Positions 11,457-24,317 are shown, numbered from the whole stretch's first letter. The stretch is 63,995 nt of DNA, filler included, from Octopus bimaculoides (GCF_001194135.2; 4 parts of 4 records of this genome joined end to end with filler, not necessarily neighbours in it), one strand, 5' to 3'. Notes: generated from the letters alone by a model not told the origin. Made by a program: numbers and translations.

Positions 11457-11798
11457 TGTTGTAAAGTGGTCTTTTGCCACTGTTGTATTTGTCGTTTGAC
11501 GATAGTTGTCACACTGACAGATATTGTTATATTCCAAAGTCATTGATAGAATGTTTCTATCTGGCACTGTACGACCCCCCAGTCATACAGTGTTATTATC
11601 CTCAAAAGGTTGGATCGATATAATGTCCACTCAGTATCACAGTATAATTACCATATCAGCACAGACACAACTATCAACACAGTGTACATGTGCTCTCAAC
11701 CTTTGACCTTCTCTCTGTTGACCAGCTACTGGTCTATTTATAATGGCTGGCTGCTACCACTTTTTATTGGGTGGGGTGTACAGTTTCACTATACGACA
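11457..11798 (-). repeat. 5' LTR of the Gypsy element (342 bp)
   Basis: TG...CA ends with a 7-bp imperfect terminal inverted repeat, adjacent to the PBS. Confidence 0.7.
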
Positions 11799-11939
11799 GT
11801 CTCTAAGCAACATCAAAACTTTCGGTGTCGATAACGAGAACAACAACAGCAGTGACAACAACTACAACAACAACAACAGCAACAACAATATGAAAGAAAC
11901 AAAACATAAAAATGCAAATATTGCCTCTGCTTCTTTTGC

Positions 11940-14900
11940 GTTTGCAGTAGGAAATATGGAAAGTTTCCACATAGATGAAGAAGAATTAAAATTGGCAAGA
12001 AGAATTGTAAAAAGAGATGAGAAGGGTAACTCTAAACCCTCCGTCTGACGTGATAGAAGATATCGCAAGATGCTCGGTAACATATCGTTGCATCGGAGTC
12101 AAGTCTCGGCGAGTGGTAAATGCTCCTGAGAGTGAAATACAAAAATACCTTGGACATGTGAGAGAACAAAGACCCACATCACCCAAGGAAAGACGTTTGG
12201 AACTACTGAGGATGGAATGCCAATGCGGCCATCGTGTTTTGCCTCAAAGAAATGGTCAAGGGCCATTCTTGCCATTAACACATCAGTTGCCATGCCTTTA
12301 CTAATAGCCACTTCTAGTTTGCTAACTAGTTCTCCTTCTAATCTATTTCTTTCTATTGCTAAATCTTTACTAAACACTATCGATTCTACTCTAATTAATC
12401 TCTTCAGAGCAATCCATCAGCGGTTGTTGATAGTAGCCTCCGTTAACTGCTGCTTAACTAATACTTAGATCACCGAGTGGATGTTAGAGCATGTTTTCCA
12501 GAAATCCTTGTTTCACTAATGGCAGCCACATCCAAATCAAGTGACCTGAGATCATTGAGCAAGTGACCTTGCTTCCAAGCTGATCCCAGGCCATGCACAT
12601 TCACACATCCCATTCTCAGCACAAGCATGCTAGTCAGAAAAAGAGAAAGAAGAGGTTACTCACCTTGATTTTCAAGAAGCTCGGGTGTCTCTACTGGTGA
12701 AAATTTTTTACAGCAGCCTTTTATCAATTAATGTTTTAAAAATTCCCACACTACATAGGAATTTTTCTCTTATTGCTTTATAAATGTCTGACAACATTTT
12801 AATTAAAAGTCTGTCCTTGAGGGTTTTGAGGGTGAAACCCTCAAATTCCTTTCCCTCTGTCTCTATATTATTTTTGTTTTGACTTACAAAATCCATCGAT
12901 TTACTGTTACACTTGTCCACAACAGTGAAATTGATGGATACATTTTGTCTATGTTTTCTATGTTTTCATGCCAGATTTGTTTGGTAACCTCTTGGCAGAT
13001 GTCTGTAGTAACTGGCAACAGAATGGAAGAATTCCTAGTGCTGTTAGCCAGGGTGTGGTAACACTGCTGAGAAAGGACACAGACAATGGGGATGTGCTAG
13101 AGAATTTTTGTCCCATAACTCTGCTAAACACAGTTTAAGATTTTGGTCAAGGTATTAGTGAAAAGGTTGGCACTTGTCGTTGGTAGTCTGGTTGGGGAGG
13201 CACAAACGTGCATAATCCCTAGGTTTATCCATAACAACCTCCACATACGATACATCATAGTGGGGGCTGGGACTAAAGCTGGCTTCAGTAGTTCCCTGAT
13301 CAATTTAGATCAGTCAAAAGCTTTCAGTAGGGTAGACCATTGCTACTTGGAAGCCATCCTTAAAGCGGCCAGTTTCGGACCCGTTTTCAGAGGCTGGATT
13401 GCTGCAATGCACAGCAGCACCTGCTTGCTGATCAAAGTAAATGGCCACCTTTTGGAATCATTTAGTATCGGACATTCAGTCCATCAGGGCTGCCCGCCAT
13501 CACCTCTTCTGTATGTTCTGGCTCTCGAGCCACTACTGCAGAACTTGGAACAGTTAAGAGACCTCCCTTTCACAATTGGACTTGGAAGGGCAGTGTTGGC
13601 ACATGTGGATGACGTCACCATCATGGTGTTGGATGTCTCTGAAGTAGAGACGGTCGTCTCCATTGTAAAGGAATATGAGTCGGTTGCAGGGGCCAAATTC
13701 AATGCTGACAAGTTGGTGAGATTGCAACTGGGAACCTGGAGAGGCAGATCGATGCCGTTGGATGCTGGACTGACAAACCAGTTAAACTGCTTGGGGTCTG
13801 ACTTGGTCCCAACCTCTAGGTGGACAAGAATTAGGAAGAGGTGATGAACAGGGTGGCCTGTCTTACCCAGAAATGGACAGAGAGGAAGTTATCCTTGAAA
13901 GGTCGGGCAGAGATGGTGAGGACCTACATTACCTCTGTCATTATTTATCATCTGACCATCGTGCCTTGTCCCAGTTACTACTTGATTAGATAGGAGCATA
14001 TCCTGTTTATTTTCTTGTGGAAGGGATGGGTTCCAATGGTCAGGTGGTTGGTCTGTTGTCAACTCCCTTTGCATGGCAGCTTAGGCATGCCATGGCTTTT
14101 AATGTGCAGACATGCACTCAGGTTGTGCCACCTGCAATGATTTCTAGAAGATGAACGTGTGTGGGCTCTGTTTGTGAAACACGCCTTTTTGCAGCTTGTC
14201 TCCTTGATGGAGTGGCAGTCCTGGGTAAAGGATAGGCCGAGACTGGGTGCTTAGAATGTCATCAGGCCCTCACTTTAGGTATTTACAGAGGATTAATAGC
14301 AGGGAAGTGTAACGACATCCTCAGAGAGACCCTAGGCATTGACTAAGATGAACTGACAAGTCTATTCCAGAGGATTTTCCAGTTGGGGACTGTTACAGAT
14401 AATTTCTAGATGTCTTTGGCCTGGCAGTACTACCAGGGGGCACTACCAGTTTGAGATAAACTCTACAGACACTGATGTGCTCTCAGACAGGCTTGTCCGA
14501 GGTGCTCACAGAGCAACGAAACTGTTCTGCATGCACTCGTTCAGTATCCGGACACTGCTGACATGTGGAGTTATGTTGAACAGCAGCTGTCGCATGTGAG
14601 ATGGATCCATCTGTCAGCCGAGTCCATAATCATGATTGCCTCGCCATTCTCCTTTAATCAGACAAGCAAGGCAGTTTTCCTTTGTCTGGTGACTGTGGTG
14701 AAAGAGGTTGTCTGGTGGACGAGTCTGAAAGAAGTGAGGACAGATACAGTCCTCTCTGGTAGAGCTCTCATCGACTTTCAAGTTTCACTTGAAAAGGAAA
14801 GTGAGGGTGGAGAAGGAGGTGCTGTCCTTGAGTGAATTTATGAAAAGGTGGGTAAAAGTTGTGAAAATGGCAAGAGTGGATGGTACCACTCTCAGTGTAG

Positions 14901-15140
14901 ACCTGTGGGTAAGAAGAAAGGAGTTGGAGAGGGCACTTGTCCTGCGTATTCAGGGTGATCTTGGATGGTGGGATTCCTCGATTATCCCTAGAGGTCCTAT
15001 GTATACTTCCCTTCTTATAATGCATACTGTGAATATGCTCTTTTTTTAATAATCAATCCATCATATGTAAACCCCTACATTTTATGTCTGTCTTTGTATT
15101 GTCCCCATCATCCTTCGCCCTGGTGGCAAATGAAAGAAAT
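11940..15140 (+). mobile_element. Tx1/L1-clade LINE, rearranged (middle segment inverted), degenerate
   Basis: + strand RT from about 12955: ENFCPITLLNT, LINLDQSKAFSRVDH, SVHQGCPPSPLLY, AHVDDVT, continuing to the C-terminal region and a 3' end ...tggtggcaaatgaaagaaat. A probable ORF1 N-terminus lies on + at about 11955-12220 (weaker call). Confidence 0.88.
12225..12950 (-). mobile_element. Inverted internal segment of the Tx1/L1 LINE: ORF1 end, APE endonuclease start and post-EN linker
   Basis: The - strand reads MLVLRMGCVNVHGLGSAWKQGHLLNDLRSLDLDVAAISETR (APE motifs NVxG and ETR), then RLIRVESIVFSKDLAIERNRLEGELV...ALDHFFEAKHDG. Most of the EN domain is deleted. Confidence 0.8.
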
Positions 15141-15189
15141 CATTATTATTATTATCATCATCATCATCATCATCATTATTATTATTATT

Positions 15190-15744
15190 GAGTGAGAGAG
15201 CAGTGCATGCCATCAAAGTGATACTGGGGTAAAATATACAAAGCCCATTATACCCATCATGACTACCCGTCTGATAAGGGTACACCAGGCACATGCATCA
15301 CAACCATATGTGCGCAACATGGTGATCTCATATCAAGATAAACAGCGCATGACCTCGCAGGTGGGGCCCAGTTAGAATTTTCTTCAGGTCGAATAGCCCA
15401 TCCTGCTCAAAAGGTCCCTGAATAAAGGTTGTTTAAGGATGTTGAGCAAAACACCCATGTTTCCAAAGGTGAATTATTCAAACCCCAAAGAATTCCTCTC
15501 AACACATGGCTATGATGCTCCCCACTACTTCTGCTTGTGATCAGAGATGCACATATCGTCAGCCACCAAGGGACATGCTCAACTGGTTAAGGTCAAACAA
15601 CTGACAAGCAAATCTGTGGTATTGTGCAGAATATTTGCTGTAGCCCATCTTTTATACCAAGACAAAACAATGTACATGATAACACTTCCAATCAATTAAG
15701 ATCAGAAGCCATGAGAGCCACTGCCTAGTACTGCATCCGGGCAT
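15190..15744. repeat. Unclassified ~555-bp interspersed repeat embedded in an (ATT)n/(ATC)n tract
   Basis: Sharp boundaries against microsatellite on both sides. A second partial copy is at 1537-1686. No ORF or tRNA head seen. Confidence 0.7.
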
Positions 15745-15782
<38 letters not shown>

Positions 15783-15908
15783 TCAGCATGGTATATGGAC
15801 ATTAAACGATGATACTGAGGGTAATGATTATTGTAAGAGCTATGGGTTGACAGAATCATTAGAGCATCAGGTAAAACACATTGCAATATTTGTCCTAACG
15901 TCTTGTGA

Positions 15909-16230
15909 AGGTATGTAGCTTAGTGGTTAAGGAATTCAGCTCATGATCATAAGGTTGTGGGTTTAATTCCTTGTGGTGCATTGTGTACTTGAGCAAGACA
16001 CTTTATTTCTCTTTGCTCCAGTCCACTCAGCTGGCAAAAATAAGTTGTACCTAGAATTTTAAAGAGCCAGCCTTGTCACTCTCTCTCTGTCAGACATAAT
16101 CTCCCTTATAAGAATGTTAAGGGTATGCATGTCTGTGGAGTGTTCAACCACCTGCACATTAATTTCACAAGCAGGCTGTTCAGTTAATTGCATCAACTAA
16201 AATGCTAGTTGTCGTAACTGATGGAGAGCC
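15909..16230 (+). mobile_element. tRNA-headed SINE, family C (gcgtggcttagtggtt... head; gagcaagacact core)
   Basis: Collinear with 53394-53770 and 54407-54706: A/B-box-like head and shared body ttaatttcac(a/g)agcaggctgttc. Confidence 0.8.
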
Positions 16231-16249
16231 TGTTCAATTCCAATTCTTT

Positions 16250-19200
16250 ATTTTTCCTGGGTCAATTAAATTAACTACCAACCAAGTTATAAGGTTGATA
16301 AAATCGATTATTCTCTTCTCCCAAGTTCTAAACCTTGCGTTTTTGTTTGGAACAATTATCATTGCTGTTATTGCTGTTACTGGTTCAATATATTGTTATT
16401 GCATTCTTTCACTCTAGTACTGAACACAGCTCTGTATCCCTTATATAGTAGTGTTTTGTTATGTTTTTGTATTGTATTGCCTGCCAGTATCTATGTAATA
16501 TGTATGAAGTATCTAATAGTACTGTTTTATGTATGTTGTGTATGGAAGCCCTAAAGTCTTATTCATATATTTGTCTACATTTCCTTTTAATCATTCCCAA
16601 CCCATCTATTATTACAATGATTATTTCTATTTTCAGTAATCATATTCTGAATATCTATTTCTCAGTCTTATTATTTTTCCATGGCTTCCATTGTCTTATG
16701 TTTGAATTAATAGATTGAGGAAGTAACATTTTCCTAGCTGCTTTTAACAATAATATCTGAGCAATTTGCCTTTATTTCTCTGGCTCTGTGCTTTCTTGTA
16801 TCTCAGTGTATGGTTACTTTGTGATTTTGGTGAATGTTTGTACCATTTCTTTTCTGTGAATATTTCATAATGCTGGTATAGCTTCCAGTGTTTGAAATTT
16901 TCAATTCTGTCATGTCTGTTTATATATTCTCTTTGTTCACTAAGACTGGATAGCCAGAAGCAATGTGATTGATTGTTTCTGCCCAGCTGCCACATATTCT
17001 GAAGTTATTTATAGTAATCTATATTATTCTATGTTTTTGGTGTTTATGGCAGAAAGTCTTGTGCCATAATAAAAATCTCTTTGATCTCAGCTTTGAGTCC
17101 TGAGCTTCTCAGTCAATTCTGAGCTTTTTTTTTATATTCATTTCCATTTTATTTAGCTTTTTGAGAGTATTAGCTACAAAGAGCTTTACTTTACAATATT
17201 TTCATATGTTATTTTTAGTATTAAAATATTACTTTGTTATTTTTCTCCATTATTATCACAACTCACTGTTACTAAAGCACTAGTTTTATATTTAGTAGTT
17301 AGCTATTTGTATCAGTTTTCCATTTTTTTATAAGGTATTTTCAAATTTCTACAGTAGAATTTTTTTTATTAGTCTTTAAGTTGCAGAAGACCATTGTATG
17401 TCTCTGTTTTAAATGTAATCTTTCTACTAGGTTTTGGTCGTGTATTCCAAAGGCTGTCCCTATATTCCTTGTTTTTATATATTGTCATACTTAGCATCCA
17501 GTTGAGAATATTTTAACTATTACTAGAATGGCTAGAATATTAATAAGATTACTTTGTACTTTGCATTTAGCTCTGATTTAAGAATTAATCCAATGCACTT
17601 GTAATACTCCTTCCTAACCTTCACCAATGCATGTGTGTGTGTGTGTTGTTTTTCAGCCTTGTTTACTAATTCCTAAGTATTTGTAAATTTGTCTTTGGTC
17701 TAATTCTTTTCTCAGTTTCCTTATCTAACATGACATTACTGGTTTGTATTAATTCTCCTCTTTTCCAGGTGACCTTTCTCAAAACTGAATTGCATGTCAA
17801 TTTCCTGACTAAATCTGTGCAACATATATAACAGAATGTCCAATAGTTTGTCATCTGCAGTATATAACTCGAGATAATCCATTTGCAGGGGATGGGGAGT
17901 GGGATTGTCATCTTAGAGAACTTGTTTAAATAAACAATTTAGTTTAACATACTAGTTAAAGGGATTAGTGCCCCCCACCCTCCAAAAAAGAGTAGTGGAG
18001 AGCAGAAGCAATATTCCCCTTCTAATATTTTTGCAATATTCCCCTTCTAATAGACTTTTTTTAATCAGTAAAATTGTTTTACATTTATTCATATCATGTT
18101 TCATGCACAGAAACCCCACACATTATAGAAGAATTATGTTCCTCAAGATCTTAGAATTTCATAATGCAAGCCCTATTTTCCCATTGATTTCTATTTTATC
18201 TAAAATGAGAGTCAATGAGAAAATATATTTTATCATAAGGATTTCCATGTTTCAGCAAGACTTTCAAGAACACAGGGATGCCTGTACTTGCTTATTGTTT
18301 ATGCTATTTATTTATGGGTACAATGACTTGGTACATTTATTCTTAATATATACTAGCAGATTTGAATGTTAATATGCTAATTGTAGTTGTGTTTGTCACA
18401 GGAGAGCAACTTCTCCTTTACAATGACTATGTCTTAATAACACACTTAATTCACTAGTACAAGGAATTCTAGAATAATAAATCAAACTTATTATTTACGG
18501 GTAATGCTTTTAGAATTCCAGAATGGAGAACACAGTCAAAATCCTTTTGACAGCCAATTCATGCTATGCTCAAACTGTTCTTTTCCCTCTTATGATTTTT
18601 CCTTTATCACTTTCTTGTTCCGTAACTGCTCTTTACACTCAAATGTGCTTTCCCAGCATAATTCCTGCTATTTTTTTAAAGAAGTATTTATTCTTTCTGG
18701 GTAATATTGCAGTTAAAATTTTGAATACTATAAGAATACTGTAGGAAGGAAGATTATGGAACTGTCGTTTCAGGAGTTTGTCTTTCCATCAGTCTTACAG
18801 ATTAATATTGTGAAGCATTCAGATATTACTTTGCATTCTTATAGAAGTTACTTGAATATTTTTGAAAGTTCTTTGTGCATACCTGTTGGATAATTTAGTC
18901 AGAGGTTTAGCATTTTCTCATTTCCATGTTTTCCCACTGATTAGGTTCTGTTCTTTAGTACAACTCCCAACATCTGTTTTCCTTGCTGTTGGCACTACAT
19001 CAGTTTCTGTTTTTGTTTTTGTTCTTAGTAAATTCATTTTGAGTTGAAGATTGGTTGTTTATTTTATCCAAACATGCTATTGTTTTTTCATCAAAGCAGA
19101 TGATTCATTGTGATTTAGTGAAGATCTCTTGTTTAGGTACTCTTTGATATCAGATATTTCCTTTTAAATTTTTCATTTCTGTAATATTTCTATATTTTTT

Positions 19201-19450
19201 TAATTTCTTCACTTGAAGCTTATGTTGCCAATCTCATTTAAGATTGAGAGAACTTTATATTCTGTCTTCCTTTTTGTGTTTGTTCTCCACGTTATTTGTT
19301 TAGGATTAGATATTTATATATGAGATCTTTTGAGAAAGTATCCACTTTTCTTTGTGACTATTCTTGCTGCTGCATAATTTAGTTGATGTATCCTGGTAAT
19401 ATTGATGTTTGCATGTGTTTCCAGTGTCTCTTTGAAAGCCAGTTTGCAGT
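16250..19450 (-). mobile_element. Very degenerate Penelope-like element (RT and GIY-YIG remnants)
   Basis: Patchy motifs on -: IGTAFG (cf. GTAMG), RIC...GYP (cf. LARRIC...GYP), and C-terminal RTWEKRIIDFINL (cf. the GIY-YIG end RxxxExxxIxxxxPxLN). Many stops and frameshifts. Confidence 0.45.
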
Positions 19451-19640
19451 TACTATGATTATTGCTTCTGCTGTTATTGCTGTTTAACTCCAGGTCAACC
19501 CTGACAGAGCAGACCTATGTAATCTCATTGGTATTAATGGATATAAGGCAAGAAAGTAATGATGTCTGCTATCATTAAAGCCCTGACTATATCATCATCA
19601 TCATTGTCGGTGTTGCCATCACTGTCATCATCATTGTCAC

Positions 19641-19688
<48 letters not shown>

Positions 19689-19769
19689 TGCTATCATTAT
19701 TTTGTTGTTGTTAATGTTCATGGTGTGCATGAATGTTTTACATTTGGAACCAATATCCTTGATACAGGT

Positions 19770-19960
19770 TGCAACCAGTTTCCTTAGATGTTGAGGAACT
19801 TTCTTACAAGCCTTGCTCTTCCCAATTGAGCAGATTTCTGAATTAATGCAACTTTCATTGTTACACCAATCTCAATAAGAGAACTGTTAAGTCTGTTGGT
19901 GATGGTAGCTAGGAGGAACTTATGACAACTGGGATTACTTTTGTAGAAATCCTTCACAGT
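19770..19960 (-). mobile_element. R4/Dong-type LINE C-terminal fragment
   Basis: The - strand reads KVIPVVI...LIEIGVTMKVALIQKSAQLGRARLVRKFL, the same C-terminal motif as the other RLE copies. Confidence 0.65.
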
Positions 19961-20226
19961 TATATTTTCCTAGCCAAAACCTGGTATTTTACTATTTTTT
20001 CCTGTTCTTCAACTACTACATTCACATCTGCAGATATAGCCACATCTATGATGATGCACTCTTTTTCCCCCTGTCAAGAACCATGATATTTGGTCACCTT
20101 GCATGAAATTCATGATCAACCTGTGCATTAAAATCTCATAAGACCTTAGTACTGGACATTCTCTATCACACTTTCTGGTTGATGTTGGTACCATTTTCTC
20201 TTTACTTTAAAATCCTATTTGCTGTT

Positions 20227-20281
<55 letters not shown>

Positions 20282-20334
20282 AACTAACACCACCACCACC
20301 ACCACCACTACTATGCTAGTGAATACTAATTTAG

Positions 20335-22400
20335 TTAGGAAGTATTTTATCATGAGGTTTAGTGACAAGTCTCCTCGAATCTCAAGAATCTTTATTAGGA
20401 TTTTTGCAGAATATAGAATGATACTTTTCTCAGATCAACAAAACAAGTTTCAATTCCAATTTCTTTCAGTTTTTTAGGTAGCATTTTGGGTATTGTATTA
20501 AGTGCACCTGTTACTACAGAAATAATTAGTGTCTTGGTCTTCCACAGTCTCCTCAACTCTCCAGCTAGGTCCTGGTATCTCTCAATTTTTTCCATTTATT
20601 TGATGTCAACTTTGCTATTGTAGGAAATTGTAAAATCTATGATCTTACACTGTCTGTTTATTTTGTCCTCTATAAGTAAGTTTGGTCTTCTTGCCTCAAG
20701 AAGACCAAACTTACTTATAGAGGTCAGTCTCACAAGATTTGATAATTCTCATTTTCTACCACAGCCACTAGTTTGTGTTCATACCGGTTTTCTGTTGTTT
20801 TGAGGCCACATACTCAACTAACATCGCAGTACACTCTTTAGTCTACACAATCATGACTGTGCTTATACTCCTTTTATGCTAGTATACTGCACCCACTCAA
20901 AATGTGGTTGATGTTCTTATCTCCTTTCTTCCAGATTCTACATTTCCTGTTTGACTGAGTTTTATCAATCTTTGTCTTTATCAGATTTGTTGTATGGGCT
21001 TGTTCTTGAGTGGCTATAATTGATGTGTCTCACTTCAAGTTCCCATCTGTCAACTGAAGCCAGCAGGCTTCACTTCCAACATTTTCAGTTTGTTGAATAA
21101 ATTGGCCATGCAGTTCCATTTACTTTCCGTTTGTTTATTCAGTTGTTCTTCCTTTTCTCTTTGTATTTTCCTACTATTTCAGTCACATTTTAGGTATCTC
21201 TGTCAGCTGAAAGTATTCTTTCTTTATTCTGTACGACATAATTTTTCAGACCCAGTATCACAGTACCATCAGTGTCTTCCACTACCACTTTCCCTTGTTG
21301 GCAAACAGAGTCGATTAGCATTACTATTATGATGGAGTTCATAATGCATTGTTAACAGCTTTCTGGTTCTTCTAAGTTCTGCAGCTTGACCTTTGTCCAT
21401 TTCAGAAAGGGGGCGAAGTATCTTAGTACAGGCTGATATTCTCTCCATTTAATTTCCCAATTCTCCTCTTATACTTTTAGTGAATTTCTCTCTCATTTCT
21501 CCTTCCATTATCCTATTATCTTGCAGCACTCCTAGACATTTGTATCCCTCATTATTCCACAGTGATCTAATGATGTTGTCTTGTGGTAATTTTATGCCAT
21601 CAAACTTTATCTTCTAGCCCCACTTCATAGCCAGTACTGCTCACTTATCTGCACTCCAATGTCTTCCCTGAATATTCTCACTGTTTGGATTAGAGAATCC
21701 AGGTCTCTCTCTCATTTTTTAATACATCTTGGAGATCATCCATATAAAGTAGAGGATTTATTTTTATCTTGGTTTTGGTAAACTCATAGGTAGGCCTGTA
21801 TTTTCTCAGTATATTTGTCAGAGGGATTAGCACAATGACAAAGAGTAATGGAAAGAGAGCGAGTTTCCTTGGAAAGTGTCTCTGTGCATTTTCATGTTAC
21901 CTAGCAATTCATTTGCACATGTCAGTTTTACTTTCCACTCTCTAATGGCTTTCTCCAAAAAGTTGTTTATCTTCTCATTGATTCCAAGCATCCACAAATA
22001 TTCTAAGATCCAGCTACATGGAACACTGTTGTAGGCCTTTCTGTAATCTATCCATCCAACAAACTTTTCCTCCTTACTTGTACCTCATTTAATATTCTGT
22101 AGTCTAAATGTAACAGATCAGCAGTTCCTCTTCATTTCTTCCTACGTCCTTTTTTGCTCTTCTTGTAGTAGGTTCTCCTTTTCCAGAAAATTATATACTT
22201 CGTCTGTGCTGAGGCCAGTTAATAGTTTCCAGAGTAATGGTAAGCAAGCAATAGGTCTATAATTGCTGAATTCCTCTGTCTTTTCTTTGCTCTTCTGTAT
22301 CAGCACTGTCCTTCCCTTTGTCATCCATGCTGGTGTTCCATTTTCTATGCAGTCAATAAAAAAAAAGACAGTTGTATATAGCAATGAATATTTTGGAGGT
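20335..22400 (-). mobile_element. 5'-truncated R4/Dong-type LINE: RT, CCHC and RLE, degenerate
   Basis: Reads PAWMTKGRTVLIQK...NYRPIACLPLLWKLLTG (RT start), EARRPNLLIEDK...KIIDF (RLE) and EKIERYQDLAGELRRLW...VVTGAL. Confidence 0.88.
20667..20723. repeat. Perfect 27-bp inverted repeat with 3-nt loop
   Basis: cctctataagtaagtttggtcttcttg-cct-caagaagaccaaacttacttatagagg. Confidence 0.95.
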
Positions 22401-22689
22401 CATCATTATCATCATCATTATTATTATGAAGAGGTTTTTTTTGGTAGTTGCAGGTGAATTTCTACAGCACTACCTGGTGCACTTCTATGAAATTCCTGAG
22501 AGTGTTCAGAATTGTGTTCTCATATTTGTAGGGATTAGAAGAGTGTAGACATCTCCCCACAAAATTGGTTGGTAAAACAACATGATTAGTTTTAGTGTGA
22601 TGAATAAACTATGTATGATGTGGGCTGTGTGAATAGTATAAGAGTAATTTGGTGTGTACAAAAATTATTGGTTGTATTGGAATTTCCAG

Positions 22690-23140
22690 AAGTATTATCT
22701 GTTGATCCAAGCCCCAATTACAGAAAAGAACTTGGCAGAATAATTTTGGAAATGGAGGAAAACAATTTTATAAATGACATTGAATCTAGAATATTGTGGT
22801 AAGAGCAAAGAACATCTACAGTTTGTGGCCTGAAAAAATTACACAAAAGGTTTGAAGTTTTCCATCATTGCGCCCAATTTGCAGCAGGCACAAACACTGT
22901 ACAGCCAAAACTTCAGAGTGGCTGGATAGATTCTTATTTCCTGAAACTAAAATTCAAAAAACAACCAAGTTTTCAAGTCAAGATATTTTTAATTTTGTTT
23001 CCATAATTAACAATTATGGAAGCACCAAAATAGTTTCAAAAACAAACATCAACCATAATGAGGTGGTAGAGGTATGCATGGACACCTTGGAAAAACTGTC
23101 AAAGAAAAGTATTCCATTTAATTTCCTCTGCAGATAATTC
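22690..23140 (+). mobile_element. Penelope-like RT N-terminal fragment
   Basis: Reads LSVDPSPNYRKEL...; TVCGLKKLHK...PSLRPICS...TAKTSEWLDRFL, matching the PLE pattern YGLPKIHK...PLRPI.S...LSKWL. Confidence 0.6.
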
Positions 23141-24256
23141 AGTAATCTGCAGAAGAAATCTGCAACACAACTTTACCACCAGACAAGAGAGATGTGCAAA
23201 AGTAGTCAATTTTGAAAACAGATGAATCACTGACATCTTGAGTTTAAAGGTTCATTAGACTGGAGCTAATCCTGTTTTCTGTGGTATTTAACCTTTTTTT
23301 ATACCAACCTGCCTGAAACCACCTTTGGTTCTATGGTACAAACTTCCTGTTTTTAACTTATCTCAGTTAAAACCTTCAATGAGAATTTTAATTTACAAAG
23401 CAAACACAAGTATAATAATGACAAAGTCATTTTACTGAAATCTTCATTATTTTCAAAATTTTTTGAAACAATGGCAGTGTATTCCACCTGAAATATGGTA
23501 ACAAAAGGGTTAAACAAGTGGGAGTACAAGACTCCACCCTGAACAGAAGACCAATCTTTCATGGGTAATCCACCCACAATGTTGTTGTGGGCATTCATAT
23601 TCAACTAAGTGAACTGAAGTAGCTGAAACGAAGTCTCTTACTCAAAGGCATAAGGCATCACCCAAAACTAAGTAGTGAACCCATGACCTAAAGATTATGA
23701 GTCCAATATCCAAACCAGTACACTATGCATCTACACAATATAGCTGGTGAGCTACCCTAAATGTTTACTTCTTGCTTTTGTACTATAAAATTATATCTTT
23801 TTAAAATTCATGGTATTTTTATATATAATTAACCATTTAGTCTGTGTTTATTTTACATCAAATTTTTCAATCCCAATTAGCTAAAAAAATGTTAACCATT
23901 GCTTTTGAGTGCACATGACAAAACAATACAAACAATGGCAATCAGGCAGAGACACGAGGTCATCTTAACTCAGCCTAGTCCGTAACATTTTCATGTTTAT
24001 TTCCTTTAATTATGTCCTTTTCAATTATTGTGTGTTTTATCATAGCTTTTTTATTACATTTATTTTCACAAAATATTTGTGTTTTAAAATTTTCTATTCG
24101 TCTATTCATATGTTGTACAATGTCTTGTTCCATCCCTTGTCTTTGTATAACTTATATGTTCCTACACCACCACACATTTTCCTTGTAAGTCATTCAGTTA
24201 ATGTCTCTTCATATTTTATATGTACTTCTGCAAGACCCTGTCACTAATAAAGAAAA

Positions 24257-24317
<61 letters not shown>

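Larger units (their letters stand above)
7790..11798 (-). mobile_element. Ty3/Gypsy LTR retrotransposon relic: 5' LTR, PBS, gag, protease, integrase; RT/RNase H not seen; split by a mariner
   Basis: LTR 11457-11798 (TGTCGTA...TACAACA on -). PBS TGGCGATGAGGA at 11444-11455. Gag has a Q-rich start and two Zn-knuckle remnants (10386-11281). Protease end reads RNLFGIECLETFNLWD. Integrase H2C2 reads VVIPQKLQKQMLKEFHVGHPGISGMKAL; the core includes FLHELFARFGVPDVIVSDN. No 3' LTR found. Confidence 0.88.

Noticed and set aside
18009-18053. 20-bp direct repeat gcaatattccccttctaata
   Set aside because: Only two copies with a 5-nt spacer; an ordinary slippage duplication, not a CRISPR-like array.
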